64,000 bases of DNA from Bacteroidales bacterium (GCA_035371305.1 DAOOWN010000001.1:3406-67405), one strand, 5' to 3'; shown: positions 27,029 through 37,258, numbered from the stretch's first letter. Notes: a model not told the origin generated them from the letters alone. Program-made: numbers and translations.

Positions 27029-28324
27029 TTATAAGCTCCAATAGGTTACTTTATGTTGACGTTTTCTGAAAATACCTTTAACATCCACTAAAATACCATT
27101 TTCATTTAACAGATTTTCAAAATACGTTTCGGGAAGTTCTTTATAGGCTTTATGGGCTACTGCAACAACAACGGCATCGTAAGGGGCAGTTGGTTTATCG
27201 CAAAGCTCAAAACCATATTCTTCTTTTAATTCGTGTTTATCGGCATAGGGATCAATAATATCTACATTGATTCCGTAACTTTTGAGTTCATTGATAAGGT
27301 CGGCAACGCGGGAATTACGTAAATCGGCAACATCTTCTTTGAATGTAACACCCATAACTAATACTTTACTGCTTAAAACATTTTTATTGGCAGCAATGAT
27401 TTTTTTCACAGTTTGTTTGGCTACATAAAAACCCATAGAATCGTTGACGAAGCGGCCCGAATTTATTATTTGAGCGTGATAGCGGTATTCTTTAGCTTTG
27501 TATGTAAGGTAATATGGGTCAACGCCAATGCAATGTCCACCAACCAGGCCTGGCGAGAATTTTAGGAAATTCCATTTTGTTCCGGCAGCTTCGAGAACCT
27601 CATATGTATTGATGCCCATGCGGTTGAAAATTATGGAGAGCTCGTTCATCAATGCAATGTTAACATCGCGTTGCGTATTTTCGATGATTTTTGCTGCCTC
27701 AGCCACTTTTATGGATGATGCTTTGTGAACGCCGGCTGCTATAACAAGCTCATATACTTTGGCAACCGTATCGAGTGTTGGCTCATCGCACCCCGATACA
27801 ATTTTAATAATGGTTTTAAAGGTATGTTCTTTATCACCGGGGTTAATTCGTTCAGGCGAATAACCTACTTTAAAATCTTCAGGGTATTTTAATCCCGAAA
27901 ATTTTTCTAATACAGGAATGCAATCTTCCTCGGTACATCCGGGATAAACCGTTGATTCGTACACAACAACATCACCTTTTTTAAGGATTTTTCCTACTGT
28001 TTCGCTTGCTCCTAATACCGGACGTAAATCGGGTAAATTATGTTTATCTATAGGGGTTGGTACAGCAACAATATGAAATGATGCTTGACGCAAATCGTCT
28101 AAATTACTGGTGAATTGAATGTCGCATCCAATAAATTCGTTGCTGTCTAATTCTTTGCTGGGGTCAATGCCTTTTTTCATTAATTCTATTCTGTCGGGTT
28201 TAATGTCGAAACCCACTACTGATATTTTTTTAGCGAAATCTAAGGCAATCGGAAGACCTACGTATCCTAATCCGATAACGGATAATTTTGTTTCTTTTTT
28301 TAAAAGTTGTTCGTAAAGGTTCAT
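27029..28324 (-). CDS. wbpA: UDP-N-acetyl-D-glucosamine 6-dehydrogenase-like nucleotide-sugar dehydrogenase
   Basis: GLGYVGLP N-terminal Rossmann motif and the catalytic-Cys region GGHCIGVDPYY. Length 431 aa. The context next to wbpB/wbpD homologues favours WbpA/TviB-type specificity. The specificity is inferred. Confidence 0.8.
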   Translation of the reverse strand: MNLYEQLLKKETKLSVIGLGYVGLPIALDFAKKISVVGFDIKPDRIELMKKGIDPSKELDSNEFIGCDIQFTSNLDDLRQASFHIVAVPTPIDKHNLPDLRPVLGASETVGKILKKGDVVVYESTVYPGCTEEDCIPVLEKFSGLKYPEDFKVGYSPERINPGDKEHTFKTIIKIVSGCDEPTLDTVAKVYELVIAAGVHKASSIKVAEAAKIIENTQRDVNIALMNELSIIFNRMGINTYEVLEAAGTKWNFLKFSPGLVGGHCIGVDPYYLTYKAKEYRYHAQIINSGRFVNDSMGFYVAKQTVKKIIAANKNVLSSKVLVMGVTFKEDVADLRNSRVADLINELKSYGINVDIIDPYADKHELKEEYGFELCDKPTAPYDAVVVAVAHKAYKELPETYFENLLNENGILVDVKGIFRKRQHKVTYWSL

Positions 28325-28325
28325 A

Positions 28326-29273
28326 TTATTGAATATTATTTAAACAATACGGGTGAAAATCGTTTTTAAGTTCACTGATTTCTGCATTTCTAATATTATA
28401 TGCTAATTCTATCGATGGGCGGGCTTGGGTTAAGCCAAATCCATTACCTGCAATTATATTTTTATAGCTTTCGGTGTGTAGGTCTGTAAAACCATCGCTA
28501 AATTCTATTTCATTTCCGTCTAATGTGATGGAACGAAATGTGCGTTTTCCCTGCTCTTTTAGATTTATTGGGATATCGTTGAGGTCGAGACTTAAAAACC
28601 AGCGTACTCTGGCCTTTTTTAATGCAATAAATCCCGATGCTTTGTTGGGTTTAGATAAGAAAACTTTTTGTTCTTGAACATCACCAAATAGCCAGATAAG
28701 CATATCGAAAAAATGTATGCCGATATTGGTGGCGATTCCTCCCGATTTTTGAATATCGCCTTTCCACGAAAAATAATACCAATTGCCTCTACTGGTAATG
28801 TATGTTAAGTCGATATCATATATTTTATCGGGATTTTGCTCAATTTGTTGTTTTAGTTTAATGATGCTTGGATGCAAGCGTAATTGTAATATTGTGTTAA
28901 CTTTTTTGCCGGTTTCTTTTTCTATTTGGCACAGAGCATCTACATTCCATGGATTGAGGACTAAGGGTTTTTCGCAAATGGCATCGGCTCCGCTTTTTAG
29001 TGCAAAACGTATATGCGAATCGTGTAAATAATTGGGAGAACAAATGCTAATATAATCTGTAGTAATGCCTTGACGTTTTAATTTATCGATATGCCGATCA
29101 AATCGCTCGTATTCAGAAAAATAATCAGCTTCGGGGAAATAAGAATCAATAAAACCGACACTGTCAAATGGGTCTAATGCAGCAATCAAGCGATTACCGG
29201 TGTCTTTTATTGCTTTAACATGGCGGGGTGCTATATATCCGGCTATGCCAATAATGGCAAAATTCTTATTCAT
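28326..29273 (-). CDS. wbpB: UDP-GlcNAcA 3-dehydrogenase (Gfo/Idh/MocA family, WbpB/WlbA-like)
   Basis: Near-colinear resemblance to remembered P. aeruginosa WbpB: [79 protein letters not shown]. Confidence 0.85.
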   Translation of the reverse strand: MNKNFAIIGIAGYIAPRHVKAIKDTGNRLIAALDPFDSVGFIDSYFPEADYFSEYERFDRHIDKLKRQGITTDYISICSPNYLHDSHIRFALKSGADAICEKPLVLNPWNVDALCQIEKETGKKVNTILQLRLHPSIIKLKQQIEQNPDKIYDIDLTYITSRGNWYYFSWKGDIQKSGGIATNIGIHFFDMLIWLFGDVQEQKVFLSKPNKASGFIALKKARVRWFLSLDLNDIPINLKEQGKRTFRSITLDGNEIEFSDGFTDLHTESYKNIIAGNGFGLTQARPSIELAYNIRNAEISELKNDFHPYCLNNIQ

Positions 29274-29853
29274 GTTTTATGATTTTATAAACCTGGTTGT
29301 TTTCTAATTTATACGTTTCGTGGCTTTCGGGGCAAGTAGCAACGCCATTTTCATCGAAATGGAGTTTGTGTCCATACTCGCTCATCCAGCCTGTTTGACG
29401 TGATGGGTTTCCGACAACGAGGGCATAGGGTTTTACGTCTTTGGTTACAACAGCGCCCGCTCCGACAAATGAGTATTCTCCAATTGTAATACCACATACA
29501 ATGGTGGCATTGGCACCGATGGATGCTCCTTTTTTAACCAGTGTTTTTTTGTATTGATCTTTGCGTATAACAGCACTGCGAGGATTAATAACATTTGTAA
29601 AAACCATCGAGGGGCCTAAAAAAACGTCGTCTTCGCAAATAACACCGGTGTATATGCTAACATTGTTTTGAACTTTGACATTATTGCCAAGTACTACTTC
29701 GGGCGAAACAACTACATTTTGCCCAATATTGCAGTTTTTACCGATAATACAATTAGGCATGATATGGCTAAAGTGCCATATTTTAGTGCCTTCGCCTATA
29801 GTACAACCTTCGTCAATGATAGCTGTTTCGTGGGCAAAATATGATTTAGTCAT
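29266..29853 (-). CDS. wbpD: UDP-GlcNAc3NA N-acetyltransferase (hexapeptide family, WbpD/WlbB-like)
   Basis: Resembles remembered WlbB/WbpD: ..IWHFSHI.., [60 protein letters not shown]. .ALVVG.P.RQ.GWMS..G..L. Length 195 aa. Confidence 0.85.
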   Translation of the reverse strand: MTKSYFAHETAIIDEGCTIGEGTKIWHFSHIMPNCIIGKNCNIGQNVVVSPEVVLGNNVKVQNNVSIYTGVICEDDVFLGPSMVFTNVINPRSAVIRKDQYKKTLVKKGASIGANATIVCGITIGEYSFVGAGAVVTKDVKPYALVVGNPSRQTGWMSEYGHKLHFDENGVATCPESHETYKLENNQVYKIIKHE

Positions 29854-29870
29854 GGTAAATATTTAAGTTG

Positions 29871-29878
29871 CAAATTTA
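29871..29878 (-). promoter_or_regulatory. Candidate -7 box (TAAATTTG on minus strand) for the wbpD-wbpB-wbpA-galE-rfbB-cpsB operon
   Basis: Exact TAnnTTTG, 17 nt upstream of the minus-strand ATG at 29853. Confidence 0.4.
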
Positions 29879-29925
29879 TAAAATATAGTTGAGATTTTTA
29901 TTTACTAACATGTTGTTCTCTTAGC

Positions 29926-29957
29926 AAAAAAGGCTGCCCTTTTTAGACAGCCTTTTT
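29926..29957 (-). terminator. Rho-independent terminator of the BNR/T9SS gene
   Basis: On the minus strand: AAAAAGGCTG-loop-CAGCCTTTTT followed by TGC. 10-bp stem with an 11-nt loop. Confidence 0.7.
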
Positions 29958-29979
29958 AATTGATTTTTATAATAAGCAA

Positions 29980-32721
29980 TTATTTTTTTATAAGCTTACC
30001 TAAATATTTTCCGTCTGTTGTTTTAACAGAAATCATATAAATACCGGAAGAAAGGTTTGAAACCGGCATTTCAATATTTTGAGTTCCTTTATTAAGTTTG
30101 TTTAATTTTTTTGTGTTGATGGTTTGGCCATTGAGGTTAAGTATGCTTATTTCAGCATTAGAATTTTGGGTCAGGTCAAATTGGATGTTAATGTTGTCGA
30201 TGGCAGGATTGGGATAGATTTGCAATGACGAGGAATTTTCTGTGTAGATATTTTCCGGAACGCTAACCGGACCTCTGAACGTTTCACAACGGAAAATACC
30301 GCGACCCATAGTAGAAGCATAGATAACCCCATGATTTTCAATACCGGTTTGAATACCGTTACCAAAAATGCCATTTACAGGCAACCAGCCGTTTCTGTGT
30401 AATTGTTGACGAATTTGTGAAACAGGTACATTGGTCATACCATCGTTTTGTGCAACCCATGATGGAGATGCTGCTGTAATATCTTCGGTAACATAAATAC
30501 CTTTTTCGGTTCCCAAAATAACCTGTTGGCTATTGTTCCAAAGAATAATGGCTGAATATACCGGCATAGCTTCTAAATTGCCTTGTTTTTCGATGAAGTT
30601 ATGTGAGGTAGTATCATCAGTTGTTGTAGCAGCATTGGTTGAGTAATAAATATGTGGATTAGAATCGTACGTTGCTAAAGTAACTAATAGGTTATTTTTA
30701 TTTTGTGGGTCAACGGCTAATCCTTTTACTTTACCGTTGAATGTTCCTAAAAGTTGCTTTGTAACTACGCAAGTAGAAAGGCTGCAATTGGCTAACGTTC
30801 TTGTTCTGGCAGCTTGAATATTTGCCAAACGGTAAACATTGCTAACGGAGTTGGTGGTATCGAAATCGGCAAAATAAATGATATCGCCATCACTTGAAAA
30901 TTCTAATGTTTGTACTCGTTTAATATCACTACTGTATGCAACAGGATACCAGCTTGGAGGATTTTTTGAGGGATTCATGGCTTCCCACGAAATCCAAACT
31001 CTATTGTTTAATCCTAATGCAACAAGAGAAGTATAATAATCTTGCGTTTGGATAGTGTCGCCTTTTATAATGGCAGTATCGCCGTTTAAGTCAGCAGCAT
31101 CAACAATGTGATAAATATCTTTACCAAAACCGTTAGTAGCAAAAACGGTATCGCCTAAATGTAAGTTTCGGCCGGCTACAATGTCAAGCATTTGAATACT
31201 GTTTGCATCGTAGAAATTTTCGAAAGCACGAATGGGGGCTAAAAAGGGTTCTTTGTAGGTTCCTAAAGCCTGTCCTAAAATAGAATCGCTAATATTTGCA
31301 GCAAAATCAGCACCTCCATTGGTTGTTCTATACAGAGTACCATAAGTGGTTGTGGCTATCATAGAGTTGGGATTTATGTTGGAACGTTCAACATCACCGC
31401 ATACACCACTTAAATATTTTTCAAAATCAAAATTTGTTGTGCCGGTTAAATCGTTTACAAGTAAACCATTAAATTGAGTTCCGCCCGTAACGACGTTATT
31501 ATTAGAAATAGCAACAGAATTGAAAAAACCTGCATTTAAATTTTTGTAAACACCAGCCCATGTATAACCATCATCGTTCGATCTAAATACACCTCCATCA
31601 GTAGCTACGTATATTGTTTTATCTGTACTGAAATTATGACTAAACTGAATATCGAAAATATTTTGATGTATGTATTTTGAACTGTATGAGGGTAAATAGT
31701 AGGCAGAAAGTTGTTCGAATGATGTATTGGGATGGTAGCGATATAAATCAACCCCACCAATATAAATGGTAGAATCGTTGGTAGGTGAAACAGCTAAAGA
31801 GCAATAGTATTTACCTTGTTTATTCTTGCCTGTGCCAAACGGTTGGAATTGGTTGGTTACGTTTGCAATAATAGCTGTCCAAGTATTACCTTTGTCTATG
31901 GATTCGTAAATATTTTTAAGTTTACCGTCGTTGTTAACGGCAATACAATAAACATGATTTATGTTGCTGGGTGCAATAGCAAATTCCAAACGTATAACAT
32001 CAGTTGGTATATTGTTGGCATCGGATTTTAAAACGAAAACATCGTTACCGGTATTGCAAACATATGCTTGGTTGTTGATTGAAGCAACAACAAGAGAGCC
32101 ATCGCTGCTAACTTCAACATCGGTTGCCGGTGCTTCAAAATTGGCATCAGTATTAGGGATGGGGTTAGTCCATGTTGTGCCTCCATCGGTTGAAATTCTA
32201 AGTCCTTTATAGGTAGCAGCATATATTTTTGAAGAAGTACCAACAATTTTGCTGACATATTTAAATGCATCGTCAGATGTTGAAGTAAGATGATTCCAGG
32301 TGCTTCCATTATCGGTTGATTTCCAAATGCCGTTACCTTGGAGACCTAAATTATTTGGATAACCAAAATATTCTCCGGTTCCAAAGTATAAATCGCCATT
32401 TGTACTTTGGTATAAACAGCTAACAGCAATATTATCGGTGTTGTCAGTAACTTTAGTCCAAGAGGAACCACTTGTTGTTGATTTCCAAAGACCACCTGCA
32501 ATAGCACCGGCATAAATAAGGTTTGAATTGTTTTTGTCGATTAAAACAGTTTTTATTCTGCCGCCTTGATTTGACGGTCCCATTTCAATCCATTGCATGT
32601 TTGTTTTATCGCTTTTGGTTCGAGCCGGTTTGTTGCCCGAGTTTTTTTGAGCATTCACAGATGCATTCAACATCAATGCAACTACTAAAAAAGCTGCAAA
32701 TGATAACCACTTGTTTCTCAT
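29980..32721 (-). CDS. T9SS cargo: BNR/Asp-box (sortilin/Vps10-like beta-propeller) repeat protein, 913 aa
   Basis: Repeated SxDxGxTW boxes (STDNGSTWN, STDGGTTWT, SIDKGNTWT, SNDDGYTWA, STTSGSSWT). Signal peptide. CTD is LQIYPNPAIDNINI...ISILNLNGQ...LSSGIYMISV..GKLIKK. Confidence 0.8.
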   Translation of the reverse strand: MRNKWLSFAAFLVVALMLNASVNAQKNSGNKPARTKSDKTNMQWIEMGPSNQGGRIKTVLIDKNNSNLIYAGAIAGGLWKSTTSGSSWTKVTDNTDNIAVSCLYQSTNGDLYFGTGEYFGYPNNLGLQGNGIWKSTDNGSTWNHLTSTSDDAFKYVSKIVGTSSKIYAATYKGLRISTDGGTTWTNPIPNTDANFEAPATDVEVSSDGSLVVASINNQAYVCNTGNDVFVLKSDANNIPTDVIRLEFAIAPSNINHVYCIAVNNDGKLKNIYESIDKGNTWTAIIANVTNQFQPFGTGKNKQGKYYCSLAVSPTNDSTIYIGGVDLYRYHPNTSFEQLSAYYLPSYSSKYIHQNIFDIQFSHNFSTDKTIYVATDGGVFRSNDDGYTWAGVYKNLNAGFFNSVAISNNNVVTGGTQFNGLLVNDLTGTTNFDFEKYLSGVCGDVERSNINPNSMIATTTYGTLYRTTNGGADFAANISDSILGQALGTYKEPFLAPIRAFENFYDANSIQMLDIVAGRNLHLGDTVFATNGFGKDIYHIVDAADLNGDTAIIKGDTIQTQDYYTSLVALGLNNRVWISWEAMNPSKNPPSWYPVAYSSDIKRVQTLEFSSDGDIIYFADFDTTNSVSNVYRLANIQAARTRTLANCSLSTCVVTKQLLGTFNGKVKGLAVDPQNKNNLLVTLATYDSNPHIYYSTNAATTTDDTTSHNFIEKQGNLEAMPVYSAIILWNNSQQVILGTEKGIYVTEDITAASPSWVAQNDGMTNVPVSQIRQQLHRNGWLPVNGIFGNGIQTGIENHGVIYASTMGRGIFRCETFRGPVSVPENIYTENSSSLQIYPNPAIDNINIQFDLTQNSNAEISILNLNGQTINTKKLNKLNKGTQNIEMPVSNLSSGIYMISVKTTDGKYLGKLIKK

Positions 32722-32820
32722 AAAGTTAATATTAAAATTTTTAAATTAAATTCCTTTTAATTATAGCTTGCAATATATAGATAATTTTTCTTATACAAAA
32801 ATAATTAATTCATTTTTTTG

Positions 32821-32828
32821 TATCTTTG
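32821..32828 (+). promoter_or_regulatory. Candidate -7 box (TATCTTTG)
   Basis: Exact TAnnTTTG, 8 nt upstream of the ATG at 32837. It lies inside the TTG-extended track ORF, which supports the shorter start. Confidence 0.4.
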
Positions 32829-32836
32829 GAATTCTT

Positions 32837-33190
32837 ATGAATATTGAACAACTCTATTTATATTGTAAATCGTTGCCCCAAGCTGAGGAGTGCTTCCCAT
32901 TTGATGAGGAAACGCTGGTTTTTAAGGTGTTTGGTAAAATGTTTGCTTTGCTCGATATGGAAAAGGGAGATCGTATAAATTTAAAATGCGAACCTTTAAA
33001 AGCCGAAGAGCTTAGAGAAAAATATTCTTCGGTTTTGCCCGGTTACCATATGAACAAAAAACATTGGAATACCATTTTATTAACAGGCGAGCTAAAAGAT
33101 GAGTTTATTTTATCGTTGGTAAAAGATTCATACTATTTAGTTGTTACATCGTTACCCAAAAAGTTTCAATTTTTATGCGAAAAAAATTAA
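32837..33190 (+). CDS. MmcQ/YjbR family protein
   Basis: FPFDEETLVFKV.GKMFAL......LKCEP..AEELRE.Y..V.PGYHMNKKHWNTI is the YjbR signature. Start taken at MNIEQL (ATG 32837) rather than TTG 32768. Confidence 0.8.
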   Translation: MNIEQLYLYCKSLPQAEECFPFDEETLVFKVFGKMFALLDMEKGDRINLKCEPLKAEELREKYSSVLPGYHMNKKHWNTILLTGELKDEFILSLVKDSYYLVVTSLPKKFQFLCEKN

Positions 33191-33750
33191 TCGGTTATTT
33201 TTTACAAGGGCTTTTTTATATTGCTCCTCTTGGAGTTACCGCCTTTATTATCTATAAAATTATTCTTTTTTTTGATTCTCTTTTTCTCGATGTTACTCAT
33301 TTTTATTTTCCGGGAATTGGGCTTATTATAATTATCGTAGCAATTACACTGCTTGGATTTTTGGCAAATACTTTTTTTGCTAAGCCGGCTATTCAGTTTT
33401 TTAATGCTATTATCTTGCATATGCCGGTGATACGTGATTTGTATCTTCCGCTGAAAGATTTCTTTGCTGCCATTGTTGGCAAAGATCGAAAATTTAATAA
33501 GCCTGTATTAGTAAAGTTAAATCATCATTCGGATATTCAAAAAGTGGGTTTTATTACTCAAGAAGATTTGTCTGAATTAGGTATAAAAAAAGGATACATA
33601 AGTGTTTATTTTCCGCATTCTTATGCATTTTCGGGCGAGCTATTTGTAGTACCAATAGAAAATGTAGTCCCTTTAAATATTCCACCTTCTGTAGCTATGA
33701 AGTTTATAATATCCGGCGGAGCAATTAAGAATTTTAACGAAAACGATTAA
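33175..33750 (+). CDS. DUF502-family membrane protein
   Basis: Two N-terminal TM helices with ..YIAPLGVT.., PGIGLIIIIV, and a C-terminal ..SGG.I.. region. Length 191 aa. Confidence 0.7.
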   Translation: MRKKLIGYFLQGLFYIAPLGVTAFIIYKIILFFDSLFLDVTHFYFPGIGLIIIIVAITLLGFLANTFFAKPAIQFFNAIILHMPVIRDLYLPLKDFFAAIVGKDRKFNKPVLVKLNHHSDIQKVGFITQEDLSELGIKKGYISVYFPHSYAFSGELFVVPIENVVPLNIPPSVAMKFIISGGAIKNFNEND

Positions 33751-33754
33751 ATAT

Positions 33755-34417
33755 ATGAGAAATTTATTTTTTATTCTGGCATTTTTAGCTGCAAATTTTA
33801 GTTTTGCACAGTATTCTACAAAAGTTAAAGAATCGAAAGAAGATATTGGTGGCGGAAATAATAAATGTTTAACGGTGAATATTTATGAAACAACCACGGA
33901 TGACGTAGAGAAAGCATGGGAAAAACTGATGAAATCGTATGATGCAAAAGTGAGTTCGAAAAAGGAACTATTTGCTGATAATGCCCTAATTAAGGATTTG
34001 ACGAATAATACAGTGGATGTATATGCCAAATGTATTAAGAAATCAGATAATGAAATACAATTCGTTGTGGCTGTCGATTTGGGAGGTGCATTTTTAAATT
34101 CCTCCGACCATTCGTCACAATTTAAAACAATGGAAAAAATTGTCAGGGACTTTGCAAAAAAAGCGACATTAGATGGCATGGAAGGTAAAGTGAAAGATCA
34201 GCAAAAAGTGTTTGATAAGCGAACAAAAGAGATGGAAGGACTGGTAAAGGACAAAGAAAAACTGGAAAAGGATATAGAAAACTACAAGGAAAAAATAAAG
34301 AAAGCAGAAGATGACATCAAGAAAAATGTAGAAGAACAATCAGCAAAACAAAAAGAAGTGGATGCCGAAAAGGCTAAATTAGATGAACTAAAAAAACTAA
34401 AGGATAAAGTAGATTAA
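33755..34417 (+). CDS. Secreted hypothetical protein with highly charged C-terminal coiled coil
   Basis: Signal peptide MRNLFFILAFLAANFSFAQ. The last ~80 aa are K/E/D-rich heptad-like (KEKLEKDIENYKEKIKKAEDDIKK..). Confidence 0.5.
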   Translation: MRNLFFILAFLAANFSFAQYSTKVKESKEDIGGGNNKCLTVNIYETTTDDVEKAWEKLMKSYDAKVSSKKELFADNALIKDLTNNTVDVYAKCIKKSDNEIQFVVAVDLGGAFLNSSDHSSQFKTMEKIVRDFAKKATLDGMEGKVKDQQKVFDKRTKEMEGLVKDKEKLEKDIENYKEKIKKAEDDIKKNVEEQSAKQKEVDAEKAKLDELKKLKDKVD

Positions 34418-36210
34418 CATTTATATATCTCACACATAATGTGTTTATATTTTTCGTAAATAACTTTTCTCTTTAATTTTAATGTAGGACTCAATTCGCC
34501 GGTTTGCGTTGACCAAGTTTCGGGGACAAGACGAATTTTTTTTATTTGCTCGTGTGGACTTAGGCTTTCGTTTGTTTTCTGAACTTCTTCGTTAATGCGA
34601 TCTATTACTAACGAATTTTGAATTAATTCCTTGTTGTTCGAATAATGAACTTTGTGCTTTACAGCCCAAAAATGTAAATGATTGAAATTTGGAGAAATGA
34701 TGGCAGCTGCAAATTTTTCATTCTCGCCAATAACCATGGCTTGTTCAATAAAAATAGATTCTTTTAATTTATTTTCGATAACTTGAGGAGCGATATATTT
34801 TCCTCCGGCATTTTTAAATATCTCTTTTTTACGGTCGGTTATTTTAAGGAATTTGTTTTCAATCATTTCGCCAATATCGCCGGTATGGAACCACCCTTCG
34901 CTGTCGATAGCTGTTTTTGTGGCTTCTTCGTCTTTGTAGTAGCCTTTCATAACGTTGGGACCTTTAACCAAAATTTCTCCATCTTCTGCTATCTTAACTT
35001 CAACGTTTTCGAGCAGTGGTCCCACTGTTCCAAATCGTATATTATTTCCCTTGGGATAGTTTACAGAAATAACCGGCGAGGTTTCGGTTAGCCCATATCC
35101 TTCTAATACTTGTATGCCCATAGCTCCAAAAAATCGATGCAGACGGACTTGAAGTGCAGCGCCACCTGAAATGATAATTTTAAGATTACCACCGAGGGAT
35201 TGTTTTATTTTGTTGTAAACTAAAATAGTAGCAATAAATTGCTTAATGCGATATGCTATGCCTGGATTTAAGTCGTATGCAAGAGCAACATTCACTGCCC
35301 AGTTGAAAATTTTCTTTTTGATGCCACCAGTATCTTTCCCTTTTGCTTGTATTTTATCGAAAATGCTTTCGAGTAATCGTGGAACGGTAGTCATTCCGTG
35401 TACTTTTATTTCCCGTAAATTTTCGGCAATGGTGCCAATGTTTTCGGCATAAAAAATACTAATTCCAAGGTATTGGTAATGATAGTTTAACATTCGCTCG
35501 AAGATATGGCATAGCGGCAAAAAACTTAAAACTTTATGTTTTGAGTTTAACGGTTGAATTTTACTGCTTGATACAATGTTTGAAACTAAATTTGAATGAC
35601 GAAGCATGACTCCCTTAGAAGTTCCGGTTGTTCCGGATGTGTAAATGATGGTTGCAATATCGTCAGGATGAATGGATTTTTTTATCTCTTCAAGTGTTGA
35701 TTGATATTTTTCTTTTAGCTGCCTGCCTTTTTCTATTAAAGAATAAATATTAGAATCGTGAAGACATTCGTTTTTCCACAGGCAAAAAACTTTATTAATA
35801 GAAGGTGTTGCATCAATAGCCGACTTAATACGCTGATAAATTACATCATCACCCACAAAAATAGCTTTGGCATCACTATGATTGAAAATATAAATATATT
35901 CTTCTGTGTTTATGTTGGGATAAACCGGAATGTGCACAATGCCTAATTGAGCTAATGCCATGTCCATAAAATTCCATTCAGGTTTATTTGTCGATACACT
36001 AAGTATGTGATCCCCTTTTTTAAAGCCTAATTCTAATAATGAGTAACTAATGGCATTAACGTATTGACGATAATCCGAAGCAGAATAAATAAACCAAACT
36101 CCGTTTCGCTTTCCTCCAAAAACATCGTTCTTTTGAGAATATTGCTCATTGATGTAATCAATGATGTCAAATGTTCTACGAATCTCTGTCATTATTTTTT
36201 TTGCTTGCAA
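34414..36210 (-). CDS. Long-chain acyl-CoA synthetase (AMP-forming ligase superfamily)
   Basis: YTSGTTGTSKGVML (AMP-binding motif I), EGYGLTETS, TGDIG, KLKR at the C-terminus. Length 598 aa. Confidence 0.88.
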   Translation of the reverse strand: MQAKKIMTEIRRTFDIIDYINEQYSQKNDVFGGKRNGVWFIYSASDYRQYVNAISYSLLELGFKKGDHILSVSTNKPEWNFMDMALAQLGIVHIPVYPNINTEEYIYIFNHSDAKAIFVGDDVIYQRIKSAIDATPSINKVFCLWKNECLHDSNIYSLIEKGRQLKEKYQSTLEEIKKSIHPDDIATIIYTSGTTGTSKGVMLRHSNLVSNIVSSSKIQPLNSKHKVLSFLPLCHIFERMLNYHYQYLGISIFYAENIGTIAENLREIKVHGMTTVPRLLESIFDKIQAKGKDTGGIKKKIFNWAVNVALAYDLNPGIAYRIKQFIATILVYNKIKQSLGGNLKIIISGGAALQVRLHRFFGAMGIQVLEGYGLTETSPVISVNYPKGNNIRFGTVGPLLENVEVKIAEDGEILVKGPNVMKGYYKDEEATKTAIDSEGWFHTGDIGEMIENKFLKITDRKKEIFKNAGGKYIAPQVIENKLKESIFIEQAMVIGENEKFAAAIISPNFNHLHFWAVKHKVHYSNNKELIQNSLVIDRINEEVQKTNESLSPHEQIKKIRLVPETWSTQTGELSPTLKLKRKVIYEKYKHIMCEIYKC

Positions 36211-36275
36211 AATAAAGATATATTTTTTTATATATCAATGATACGCTGTAATGTACACAAATACAGTTTGTTATG

Positions 36276-36575
36276 TCAGATAAGCTTTATGATATAATTC
36301 GAAACAATGATAATCGTATTAAGTATAAACCAATAAACTAAAATGCGTGCCCCATATTTAAATTTAAAAACTAGATGCAGGATGAGAAAAAGAAACATAG
36401 TAAGTAGCGGAATTAATGCAGGAAACAACTGTAAACTTTCCATAACATTTCCTTTTAACAATGCAATAAGCGAACGCTGCATGCCACATCCGGGACATTC
36501 GATGCCCAAAAACTTTTTGTACATACATGCACCTTGATGTTCTTCGAGCCAATGAATGAAAGAATAATACCACAT
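36276..36575 (-). CDS. DUF2752-family small membrane protein
   Basis: ..LGIECPGCGMQRS...L.G motif followed by 2-3 TM helices. Length 99 aa. Starts 2 nt after the upstream gene. Confidence 0.7.
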   Translation of the reverse strand: MWYYSFIHWLEEHQGACMYKKFLGIECPGCGMQRSLIALLKGNVMESLQLFPALIPLLTMFLFLILHLVFKFKYGARILVYWFILNTIIIVSNYIIKLI

Positions 36576-36577
36576 GT

Positions 36578-37258
36578 TTATTCTTCGTAACTCTTATAAT
36601 CTTTAGGTATTTGGAATAATGAAGGATCCAATGCTTTTTTCTGAATGCTAAGTACGCGGAGCGTCATTTTTTGTTCACGAAGGGTGGTACGCTCTTCGCT
36701 AAGCATGGGGAAAAATCCTTGCGTTTCGGGAATCCGTAAAAAATAGGTTGCATGCCTTTCAGAACGATTCCAAAGTTTAAGATAATCGATAAAAAAATTG
36801 AAATGGTCATTTGCAACCCAGTAAGAAATTTCGGTGTTTTGTTTTTTGTTTCGAACTCTCCATTGGTAACATTTATACCCTAATATCTTTTTTGAATTAT
36901 TGGTTTTTAAAATAATAAAATCGTCATTGTTGTTGTATTCTTTAAATTCGTTTACTGTAAGATGAAGGTACATTTTGCGTTGAGGATTTAAAGCAGTAAT
37001 CTTTTTATTGTCTAGGTCAAACAACATATAATTGTCGGGGAATTTACACGATTTACAGCGGTTATACTCATCTAACCGAACATTTCGGTCTTTAATGGAA
37101 TAGGTGTAGTACATCGTATCCGAAAGCATTTCCATAGAGAAAAAAATAACGCCCTCAAAACTTTTGTTCCCGTTTTTGGTAACATCTGTAGTTGCACTTG
37201 GCTGAGCTTTCAAAACATAAAAAGAAAAGCAAAAACAAAAAACGTAAAATAGTTTCAT
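36578..37258 (-). CDS. Secreted hypothetical protein (DUF4412-like by eye), paralogue of 56068-56814
   Basis: Signal peptide. The block ILGYKCYQWRVRNKKQNTEISYWVANDHFNFFIDYLKLWN aligns with ILGMKCKQWRVKNTRENTEVTYWVSTNNYGFYYYLTKIWN in the other copy. Confidence 0.5.
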   Translation of the reverse strand: MKLFYVFCFCFSFYVLKAQPSATTDVTKNGNKSFEGVIFFSMEMLSDTMYYTYSIKDRNVRLDEYNRCKSCKFPDNYMLFDLDNKKITALNPQRKMYLHLTVNEFKEYNNNDDFIILKTNNSKKILGYKCYQWRVRNKKQNTEISYWVANDHFNFFIDYLKLWNRSERHATYFLRIPETQGFFPMLSEERTTLREQKMTLRVLSIQKKALDPSLFQIPKDYKSYEE

